Positions 9,201 through 20,200 of a stretch of 45,186 bases of DNA are shown piece after piece; the first letter of the stretch is position 1, and each line of letters opens with the position of its first letter. The notes beneath the pieces are model-generated. The model searched no databases and had not been told where the DNA came from. It worked only from the letters and a program-made list of their open reading frames with translations. Position numbers and translations under genes: made by a program. The DNA is from Macrostomum lignano (Eukaryota), in NCBI GenBank assembly GCA_002269645.1, contig NIVC01000310.1, positions 1 through 45,186 of the forward strand, given 5' to 3'.

Positions 9201-10972
9201 TACTCCAGCACCTGCTTGTCGCGAATCACCAGCAGGTTGCGGCCCTGCCCGCACGGCAGCACCCGCAGCATGGCGAGCTGTCGCTGGCAGTCCAGCTTGT
9301 TGTTGAGGCCCAGGAAGTAGGAGTCCCTGTTGATGTAGTCCCACTTGTCCACGTCGAACCCGGTCCTCTTGTTGCTGATGATCTGTGGGAAGCGATTGCA
9401 GTGCGGCTGCTCATACAGAAACTGCCTCCCAGGCCCCCCTCACCTCATACAGAATCTGCCTCCCAGGCCCCCCTCACCTCATACAGAATCTGCCGCCTAG
9501 GCCCCCCCTCACCTCATACAGAAACTGCCGCCCCGGTGGGATCTCCTGATCCTCGGGCCCGCCCAGAATCAGCTGCTTGATGAGCTCCCGGTTGGTGCCG
9601 CCCGAGGCTTCGTGCCGCCTCCGCATGAAGTCGGCGAACTCGGCGGCGCCCGACAGACCGGAGCCGATGACTTGGTCAATGATTCTGTCAACCAGCTGGA
9701 CACTCATGCCCTCATGGTGATAGTCTGCGAACCTGTCTCCCGTCTTCACCAGCACCTCCCACAGGTGAGAGAAGGGCCCGTGGCCCAGGTCGTGGCAGAG
9801 GCCGGCCAGCGCCACGCACAGAACTTCGTCGTCCGTCAGCTCCGTCTCCAGGGTCGTGGCGCGGCTCTTCAGAGTCTTGGCGAGCTGCCAGGCCAGGTGG
9901 TATGTGCTGAAGTGATCGGAGGGGTGCGGCTCAGCCAGTCACTCGCTGCTCAGCTCCAGGCACTCCGCCAGATCACCCAGTCACTCATTGCTCAGCTCCA
10001 GGCACTCCGCCGGATCAGCCAGTCACTCGCTGCTCAGCTCCAGGCACTTCGCCAGCTGAGCCAGTCACTCGCTGCTCAGCTCCAGGCACTCCGTCAGCTC
10101 AGCCAGTCACTCACTGCTCAGCTACAGGCACTTCGCCAGCTGAGCCAGTCACTCAGCCAGCTCAGCCAGTCACTCAGCCAGCTCAGCCAGTCACTCAGCC
10201 AGCTCAGCCAGTCACTCAGTCAGCTCAGCCAGTCACTCAGCCAGCTCAGCCAGTCACTCAGCCAGCTCAGCCAGTCACTATGCTCACCCAACAGAGTGCT
10301 CAAATCGGGTGTGGGTGCCAGACGGGTACACCAGGTAGGTGACGCCCAGCTGCTTGAGGTGTCGCAGCCGCTGGAACTCCGGCGCGCCCATTATGAGCTC
10401 GGCGAACTTGTGCAACTCGATGGTGCCATGGATCGGATCATTGATGACCTGGCCAGGTGAGGGAGAGTTGCAGATTGCTGTGACATGCAAGCTGATCACT
10501 GGCTACCAATGAGGCACTCTGCACCAAAAACCCACTTCAGCATCTCCCTTAGCCAGTTAGCTTGCATGAGGGAGCTTTAATAATTAAAGTAAATTTGTTA
10601 AATTTATCACACCAAAAATTTAGTGCAAAAATATACCTTTAAACTCTGCAAAAAGGTTCAGTAACAATAGGTTTTTGGTATTAAATATATAGGAAAACTT
10701 AGTCAGACACAAAATAATGTAATAAATCTAAATAAATAATTGATGTCAAAATTCTAGAAAAGATATAAGTGCACAAGTTCAGGTCAGAAGCTGGTCTAGC
10801 TTAGATGCCAAATTGAGGGCTTTTAATAGAAAAATCAGTCAATATTGCTCTATAATATAGAATTCATTCACAAATCATGTGAGGCATATTTTATCAATTT
10901 CAAATATCAGTCCTAACATGTTTGAAGATTTACCTTTGGTAGAGACAGGTTTGAACCATTACAAGTGGCCAT
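6271..10972 (-). CDS. SAMHD1: SAMHD1-like HD-domain dNTP triphosphohydrolase, paralog B, SAM-less, 488 aa (exons 10972-10934, 10448-10288, 9906-9513, 9382-9123, 8473-8008, 6417-6271)
   Basis: [13 protein letters not shown]|VINDPIHG...[11 protein letters not shown]...HTRFEHSVG|TYHLA...[18 protein letters not shown]...HHEGMS...FLYE|[20 protein letters not shown]. The H-HD-D metal ligands are intact. Exon lengths (39,161,394,260,466,147) give a continuous frame with GT-AG introns at the same positions as paralog A. The 39-nt first exon is my best candidate (ATG...AAG|GTAAAT, phase 0) and is less certain than the others. Confidence 0.92.
6439..7330. repeat. 10-bp satellite (GAGTGAGTTG / GATTGAGTTG), last intron of SAMHD1-B
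   Basis: Tandem copies abutting the acceptor at 6418-6420; degenerate towards 7330. Confidence 0.95.
7745..7995. repeat. Degenerate GG(A/G)AATCTC repeat, last intron of SAMHD1-B
   Basis: Irregularly spaced GAAATCTC/GAATCTC motifs just downstream (in transcript sense) of the donor at 8007. Confidence 0.7.
8489..9072. repeat. 12-bp G-rich minisatellite (GGGGTGGCAGTT), SAMHD1-B intron
   Basis: Tandem copies with a GGCATTGAGT variant; source of the CHPN, ATPT and LPPQ pseudo-ORFs. Confidence 0.95.
9410..9528. repeat. ~33-bp repeat duplicating the SAMHD1-B exon end and donor
   Basis: On the - strand, TTCTGTATGAG|GTGAGGGGG occurs three times; a fourth copy lacks the GT. Confidence 0.85.
9930..10279. 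repeat. 21-bp/42-bp compound minisatellite (CAGCCAGTCACTCAGCCAGCT), SAMHD1-B intron
   Basis: 42-bp units at 9930-10140 grade into 21-bp units at 10140-10279. Confidence 0.92.
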
Positions 10973-11463
10973 GCTGAATTCTTTGCTGGTCTTTGAAGAC
11001 TCTACTGAAATTTTAAATTATGAAACTTTTGTTAAAAAACTAATAATCATGCTATGCAAATACAGAGATCATGCATTAAAGACATTATCTCTTAAGGTCA
11101 TGCTAACTTGTATGCACTTTGTATTTTTTAAATGTTAAATTTAGTAAAAAGTGCAATAGTTTATATTATGAAAAAAAACATTTAGAAGGAATAAATTAGA
11201 TGTAGAACAGTCTAGATATGCTTATAAACTATATATTTGATCTATAGGAACAAAATTAAAATGGTTGCAATATCAGATTGAGATACAGTCTATTACCTAT
11301 CTATGATTTATCTAATATGTAAAATTATATTGTTTTAAACTTTTAATGACAATTGGTAAATATTTAAGTCTAAGTAAGACTCTCTCTAGTCTAACTAAAT
11401 TACTATAATATACCTAGGCCTAAACTAAGCTATAAGCATATTACAATCTAGTAGGTAGGCCTA

Positions 11464-12760
11464 CTGGTCATTTTGGTGACAAGTTGCTTTTGTTATAGAC
11501 ACAAATTTTTCATTTGTATTTTGATAAAAAATATAAGAATTTATAAGTAGTCATTTTAGTGACAGGAGGTGCTTTATAATATCAGCTTTTAGTTATTTTG
11601 TTAAGATTTATATTGTGTTCATATTTGAAAATTTCCATCAAAAAATTAGTATATGTAGGAAAAGAAATCAAACTAACAGTTTTCTTTCTATGCAGATCAT
11701 TTTGAATTGTCCCAGAATATTCAGACACATAAACCAAAGACCTATAGAGAATCTCATAAAATGCTGACTATAGTAGGCCCCTATGAGAAAAGCAGAGATT
11801 TTCACTAGACAATTAGAATTGGATTGGAAAACATATAAATTCAAAAGATTGCAACTCTGGAATTGTAAATAAGCAAAATTAAATAAAGCAATACTTAACC
11901 ATTGCAGAAAATTATTTTAAAAAAACAAAAAAAAAACAAAATTGCTATCACCAAAGGGTATTTTTCTTGTCACTGAAACAATTATTACCTATGACGATAT
12001 TGGCATAGTGGCCTTGAGAATGAGCAAAGACAAATGAATGCAATAGAGGCAAAATTGTAGCAGTAGCACTTGGCAGTAATTTCAATCAATGTTAATACAA
12101 ACGATGGCTGCAGACTTAATTTATTGTTAATCAAAGTACAAGATGTAACAATGCACTGGCAGCTATACAACAATAAAGTAAATAGCTTAGGTATTCATAG
12201 TAGAAGTGGCGTGGCTGAGAGTGGCAGAGGCATGGCTAGAACTGTGTGGAAAGAAGGCAAGTGACTAAGTAAAGGCAGCCAGAGCCTACAGACTACATGG
12301 GCTCACAAGGGTGCGAGAGGCTAACGAAGTCTAAACAGGCAAAGGCCCCAGACAAGGTGGTGGCAAAGCTAAAGCCTGAACAAGAGGGCAGACAAGAGCA
12401 CCAGGAGCGAGAGGCAAAGGGCAAAGCAAAGGAGTGAAAAAGGTCCCGAGCGCATGGCTAGACAGACTGATAAGGACCAGGCTGGGGGTGGCATGTGAGA
12501 GAAATTAGTATAATTAATGCAGTGCATTATATTGGCTAACTAAGAAAAACAGGAACAGAAATTATTGATCGCACACTATATGCAGGGTTAAGAATTGTAT
12601 GCAGTTGAATAAAATTTTTCGGGGCACTACTTTAAGCAGACGTGAGAATACAAAACTGGCAATATTAACGATTGGTACCGTATATTGAAATGGCCCTTGG
12701 CAGGGCTATTGAAACTAACAATGTCACATACTGAAACATCTTGTCACCGAAATGACTGTA
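11464..12760. mobile_element. Possible old non-autonomous DNA transposon (~1.3 kb) with degenerate TIRs
   Basis: GTCATTTTGGTGACAAGTTG (~11467) is an inverted match of CATCTTGTCACCGAAATGAC (~12738). Partial motif copies occur at ~11550 and ~11965. Confidence 0.35.
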
Positions 12761-14218
12761 ATCCAATCAAGTAGTATACCCAGAAATTTGTTCAAGTTGG
12801 TAGATTCTAGAAAGAGAAATATAACAATTCTTCCCATATATACAAACAATACAATAAATAGGCAATAATAGTTGCAATTTTATGACTTTTATGTATATTG
12901 ATTTAAAAAATAGTTTACTAATTTTCTGAGTTATTTTATGTTATGATAAGTTTTAAAAATATGATAAGCTTTCAGTTCCTCCCCTCTGACCTGACTGACA
13001 ACCAGAAATTATTATTAAACTAATGAGCTAGGCCTATGTCAGTTAGTCAATGACCTAGGCCTCTGCTATGTAACTGGAACAGGAGGGCTAAAATCTAAAT
13101 ATACTACAATTTGCCTTACAAAAAAAATCTAAAAAATGCAGCCAAACTGCTTTCTGTTTGGGCTCTTCCAAAAACTTGCTTTCTTCTATTGCCTCGGGTG
13201 TAAAACGAACGATACATACGCCAAGGACAACTTAAGTACTTAAAGTCGTCCTTGTTACGCATCATAGAAAATACCAAACTTAAACTTTTGCTAAGAGATT
13301 GAAGTAACAAACCTTAGTATAAAATAAGTTTTCGCCTGGTTATCTGATTTTTAGTTGTTTAAAAAATGAGTCAGTAAAGTAGTAAGTATCGAAATAAAAA
13401 CTAGGATTGAGAAACTAACCATGTCGCAGAAAATTTTATTTTGATGATCCAAATTTTAGAACACAGCCTGGCTCTACATGAAGTGCATGGGGTTTCGTTT
13501 AGCCCACAGACGCCTGACCTTTGACTTTTTTCATTGTTTCCCTTTCACCCCATTTTGCCAAAATATATCCATGTAGTTACTTTCTTATAAAGATAAACCA
13601 AACTAACTATAGAAATGAACATGCATGGCACACATGTTTATGTGACATGCTACGCATAGCATGTCAATTATAACTTTTGGTAAAACAAGTAAGCGAAGGC
13701 GGTAACCAAAGGCTGTGACATTTTTATACAAAAAATCTGATATATTGGAAAATGAAATGAAATAGTTGGTTGGAGAGAATCCGTGTGGCGCAGAAAAATA
13801 CTGGTTCAATCTGAGTTGAATTAATGCAAGTAGATTTAAAGTATTTTTATGTTACTTGTCATTTTGCTGATTCGAACGTGGCAGAGCTTAACAGAGCGCA
13901 TCCCTAACGTATACGATGCGGCATATGATATAATTTATTATACTGCTATTCAATAGGCGGTCGATTCCGGCCTCTGCAGTCGATGTCCTATTTCTGAAGT
14001 TGGTATCTGCTCTCTACAGATGATGCGGGCTGGCGGGAGTATGGCACCGAGTCCTGCCTGTCCCCTATCAGCGGGCCCTCTGACTGATGTTGATCCGCTG
14101 AGCCGTAGCTTGACGATACAAAGTTTGAGTTGCTAATGGCATAAGTAGGGATGGGAGCGGTGAAGTAGATTGGAGATGCATTTCTACAGATTACTGACCT
14201 ACAGTATAATAACAGTGC

Positions 14219-17200
14219 TCACAGCTTCTCCAACAGCCGGTCGTTGAGCCCCTCCCGGTACGGCTTGTCGATCGGGTAGAAGTGCATCAGCAGCAGGGCC
14301 AGGCAGACGCACACGATGGGCCCGGGGCCGAGCAGGTAGCGCAGTGCCAGGGCCACAGAGTACGGCTGCTCGCACGAGTTGCTGTCGTAGCCGCTGAAGC
14401 TGAGCACCAGCTGCGAGAGGGCGAGGCTGAGCCCGGAGGCGAACTTGGTGAAGAACACGTACAGGGAGTAGAAGGTGGCCTCCCTGCGCTCCCCAGTGCG
14501 GCAGTAAAAATCATCGATGACGTCAGGCAGCATGGACCAGGGCAGCAGCATGGCCACCGAGATGGACACGCCGGACACGCCGATGACTGCGTAGTAGGCG
14601 GCGACCAGTGGTCGTGGCGGGTCTCCTTCTAAATTTTCGCGCCACCCAAATTTTTTCGCGCCATAGGTATCTATATATACTATACAGCTAAGAATACCCA
14701 ACAAATTCAGACATGCACATGTGAATATGAAGGTAAAAATAGTTATGGAGGTGCAGAACATCATGAAATTTAATTATTCAAATGGGTGCCTGGAGTTTAA
14801 AGCTTCTTAATGAAAAAATAGCGCAAAAATGGGGGAATATTTTTCATATTTTCGCGCCATTAGCCATCCGCATTTTTCGCGCCATGGTCACAGAATTCGC
14901 GTATTCGCGCCATTTTCGCGCAGGCGCGAATTCGCGCCACCGCCACGACCACTGGCGGCGACGCTGTTGGGCGGCAGCGCCGTGGCCAGCATCAGACAGG
15001 GCAGCTGCGGCTGCGGGTTCGGGGCGGGAGGGCTTTCTGAGTGAGTCACTGCATGGGCTGGCAGCGCATGATGAGTAGCGTCTCAAGAGCCTGATTTGAA
15101 GTGCCTTAGACCCAGAGTGGTGCTTTGAGTTCTAACGGGACACCTTGAGTCCTAATGTGATAATCCTGAGTCCTGGTGTGATAAACTTGAGTCCTGATGT
15201 GATAATCCTGAGTCCTGGTGTGATAAACTTGAGTCCTGATGTGATAATCCTGAGTCCTGGTGTGATAATCCTGAGTCCTGGTGTGATAATCCTGAGTCCC
15301 ATGGTGTGATAATCCTGAGTCGTATAACTTCCGGCTAGGATGGAGGTCAGACAGAGGCTTACTATAGAAGATTTCGTCTCCAGACCGGGAGAAACCTCAG
15401 GAGCCAGATTGAGAACCCGATTGTAAAACAATCAGCAGCACTCCAGCTGCAGCTCACCAGCAGCCCAATCATGAAGATTCGCTTCTTGCCGAACCTGCCG
15501 CTCATCCTGGCCCAGAACGGCACCAGCAGGACGGCCACGGTGAGCACGGTGAAGATGCCCGAGTTCATGTGGCCGCCCATGCCGAGGCTGTGTGTGGTGT
15601 ACAGGCCCAGGTTGGCCTGCACCGTCTGCGGGGAGGGCAGCAAGTCCATATGGAGCTGCTTCAGTCCCTGGATCACTTTTGAGAGCTGAATAAATTCTTC
15701 ACAACTGACATGAGTTGAGTGAAAATCAAAAGCGTCACTGCATCAGTTTCGCAAATACCAGGGGTAAATGTACCCTTCCTGGCGCAATGCCTTCGGCGAC
15801 ATCGTTCCACATCCAGTGCTGACGGCAGTTCTGCCCGTTCCGCTGACTCCTGAGCACTCACAAGCGCGCCAACACCGACAACCGCCGGCCAATTTTCCTG
15901 CGCAAACCCCAAATTACGGTGGCTTCCCACGGGATCAAACCAAGGATCGTGGCCCGAGAGTAAGGCGCATTTACCGCTGAGCTGCTCTGCCCCAAGCAAT
16001 TGTGGAGCATTTGAAGAATTTGTGGAGCATTTGGTAAAGATTTAACATTTTTTTCAGAGAAAAAGTCCAGCTCAGTCCAGTCTTGGGGGGCTTCGATTTC
16101 CAGCTGATTTTGCGACCCACCTGAATGCCCAGAGACATGCAGAGGAAGGCCAGCATGAGCAACACGTATGGCCGGAATGCCAGGACGCTGCGCACGTTGC
16201 TCAGCAGGGAGTCCCGCCTGGCGTCCAGCCGGACCCGCTCCCGGATGCCGAAGGTGGCGAACAGACCGCAGGCGAAGTAGATCCCGGCGATCACCAGCGC
16301 GGCGAGGGCGTAGCCGCGACGCTACGAGGAAAATGCATGATGTTGAAGAACGTTTGGGTTTAAACTGTCAGCTGAGTCCCGATACCCGAGTCCCGATACC
16401 CGAGTCCCGATACCCGAGTCCCGATACCCGAGTCCCGATACCCGAGTCCCGATACCCGAGTCCCGATACCCGAGTCCCGATACCCGAGTCCCGATACCCG
16501 AGTCCCGATACCCGAGTCCCGATACCCGAGTCCCGATACCCGAGTCCCGATACCCGAGTCCCGATACCCGAGTCCCGATACCCGAGTCCCGATACCCGAG
16601 TCCCGATACCCGAGTCCCGATACCCGAGTCCCGATACCCGAGTCCCGATACCCGAGTCCCGATACCCGAGTCCCGATACCCGAGTCCCGATACCCGAGTC
16701 CCGATACCCGAGTCCCGATACCCGAGTCCCGATACCCGAGTCCCGATACCCGAGTCCCGATACCCGAGTCCCGATACCCGAGTCCCGATACCCGAGTCCC
16801 GATACCCGAGTCCCGATACCCGAGTCCCGATACCCGAGTCCCGATACCCGAGTCCCGATACCCGAGTCCCGATACCCGAGTCCCGATACCCGAGTCCCGA
16901 TACCCGAGTCCCGATACCCGAGTCCCGATACCCGAGTCCCGATACCCGAGTCCCGATACCCGAGTCCCGATACCCGAGTCCCGATACCCGAGTCCCGATA
17001 CCCGAGTCCAGAAAATTTTCACGGCACTGGAAGCCATAGAAAATTCATAAAGCTGAGGCGTCGCTCACTTCCGCCTGCAGCTGTTCGGGCGAGTCCGCCC
17101 CGCCGGAGTCGCCGGCTCCGCAGTCGGCCGCCAGGCGGTGGCGGCCGCTGACGGCGCCGAAGACGCCGGTGCCGATGATGGTGAACAGCAACTCGAAGCC

Positions 17201-20200
17201 GATTCTGCAGGCGGTGGCGCCGTCCTTGTCCTCAGCGCTGTTGGAGATCAGCATGGTGGAAGAGGCGTAGGGCACGTGGTAGCACTGCGGGTGGGGCCGG
17301 GATAAAAGTGCGATGGGGAGTGGAAGCTGGACAATGGTAAGCTGGACAATTTCCTCGAGACGTCTCTATTAAAAAGCAGTCAAGTACTCGTATTTAAAGC
17401 AATGCGGCCAAGTCCTTTTCTTCAAAAGCCATGCACTGGTTTGAATTCGGGGGCTGACAGAGCGAAATCCAAGGAAAATTTGATGCTGCAAAAAATAACC
17501 TCAGCGGTCCTTGGTTCGAATTTTTTTCAACCAAAGCGTATGCGTGAGGGAACTTCAGATCCAAGCAACTTGGACTTTAGTCGCGGCTGCTCACACCCCC
17601 CCCTGTTTATTGGTTCATTCTTTATCAACGAAACCGCTCTCGATGGCCAAACCTTCCAGGAGACCTGGAAACTCGATTTGTATACTCAAAATCCGATTCG
17701 CGTACTCCAAATCCGATTCACGTACTCAAAATCCGATTCACGTACTCAAAATCCGATTCACGTACTCAAAATCCGATTCACGTACTCAAAATCCGATTCA
17801 TGTACTCAAAATCCGATTCACATACTCAAAATCCGATTCACGTACTCAAAATCCGATTCACGTACTCAAAATCCGATTCACGTACTTAAAATCCGATTCA
17901 TGTATTCAAAATCTGATTCACGTACTCAAAATCCGATTCACATACTCAAAATCCGATTCACGTACTCAAAATCCGATTCACGTACTCCAAATCCGATTCA
18001 TGTATTCAAAATCTGATTCACGTACTCAAAATCCGATTCACGTACTCAAAATCCGATTCACGTTCTCAAAATCCGATTCACGTACTTAAAATCCGATTCA
18101 TTTATTCACGTACTCAGAATCCGATTACACCGTACTCAAAATCCGATTCACGTACTCAAAATCCGATTCACGTACTCAAAATCCGATTCATATACTCAAA
18201 ATCCGATTCACGTACTCAAAATCCGATTCACGTACGTAAATCCGATTTACGTACTCAAAATCCGATTCACGTACTCAGAATCAGATTCACGTACTCAAAA
18301 TCCGATTCACGTACTCAGAATCAGATTCACGTACTCAAAATCCGATTCACGTACTCAAAATCCGATTCACGTACTCAAAATCCGATTCACGTACTCAAAA
18401 TCCGATTCATATACTCAAAATCCGATTCACGTACTCAAAATCCGATTCACGTACTCAAAATCCGATTTACGTACTCAAAATCCGATTCACGTACTCAGAA
18501 TCAGATTCACGTACTCAAAATCCGATTCACGTACTCAGAATCAGATTCACGTACTCAAAATCCGATTCACGTACTCCAAATCCAATTCACGTACTCAAAA
18601 TCCGATTCACGTACTCAAAATCCGATTCACGTACTTAAAATCCGATTCATGTATTCAAAATCTGATTCACGTACTCAAAATCCGATTCACATACTCAAAA
18701 TCCGATTCACGTACTCAAAATCCGATTCACGTACTCCAAATCCGATTCATGTATTCAAAATCTGATTCACGTACTCAAAATCCGATTCACGTACTCAAAA
18801 TCCGATTCACGTTCTCAAAATCCGATTCACGTACTTAAAATCCGATTCATTTATTCACGTACTCAGAATCCGATTACACCGTACTCAAAATCCGATTCAC
18901 GTACTCAAAATCCGATTCACGTACTCAAAATCCGATTTACGTACTCAAAATCCGATTCACGTACTCAGAATCAGATTCACGTACTCAAAATCCGATTCAC
19001 GTACTCAGAATCCGATTCATGTACTCAAAATCCGATTCACATACTCAAAATCCGATTCACGTACTCAAAATCCGATTCACGTACTCAAAATCCGATTCAC
19101 GTACTTAAAATCCGATTCATGTATTCAAAATCTGATTCACGTACTCAAAATCCGATTCACATACTCAAAATCCGATTCACGTACTCAAAATCCGATTCAC
19201 GTACTCCAAATCCGATTCATGTATTCAAAATCTGATTCACGTACTCAAAATCCGATTCACGTACTCAAAATCCGATTCACGTTCTCAAAATCCGATTCAC
19301 GTACTTAAAATCCGATTCATTTATTCACGTACTCAGAATCCGATTACACCGTACTCAAAATCCGATTCACGTACTCAAAATCCGATTCACGTACTCAAAA
19401 TCCGATTCATATACTCAAAATCCGATTCACGTACTCAAAATCCGATTCACGTACGTAAATCCGATTTACGTACTCAAAATCCGATTCACGTACTCAGAAT
19501 CAGATTCACGTACTCAAAATCCGATTCACGTACTCAGAATCAGATTCACGTACTCAAAATCCGATTCACGTACTCAAAATCCGATTCACGTACTCAAAAT
19601 CCGATTCATATACTCAAAATCCGATTCACGTACTCAAAATCCGATTCACGTACTCAAAATCCGATTTACGTACTCAAAATCCGATTCACGTACTCAGAAT
19701 CAGATTCACGTACTCAAAATCCGATTCACGTACTCAGAATCAGATTCACGTACTCAAAATCCGATTCACGTACTCCAAATCCAATTCACGTACTCAAAAT
19801 CCGATTCACGTACTTAAAATCCGATTCATGTATTCACGTACTCAGAATCCGATTACACCGTACTCAAAATCCGATTCACGTACTCAAAATCCGATTCACG
19901 TACTCAAAATCCGATTCATATACTCAAAATCCGATTCACGTACTCAAAATCCGATTTACGTACTCAAAATCCGATTCACGTACTCAGAATCAGATTCACG
20001 TACTCAAAATCCGATTCACGTACTCAGAATCAGATTCACGTACTCAAAATCCGATTCACGTACTCAGAATCAGATTCACGTACTCAGAATCAGATTCACG
20101 TACTCAAAATCCGATTCACGTACTCCAAATCCGATTCACGTACTCAAAATCCGATTCACGTACTCAAAATCCGATTCATATACTCAAAATCCGATTCACG

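Noticed and set aside
10284-10499. GTG-initiated N-terminus [10 protein letters not shown]... for SAMHD1-B
   Set aside because: Residues before VINDP lie upstream of a clear CAG acceptor at 10451-10449. The ATG exon at 10972-10934 ending in Lys fits better.
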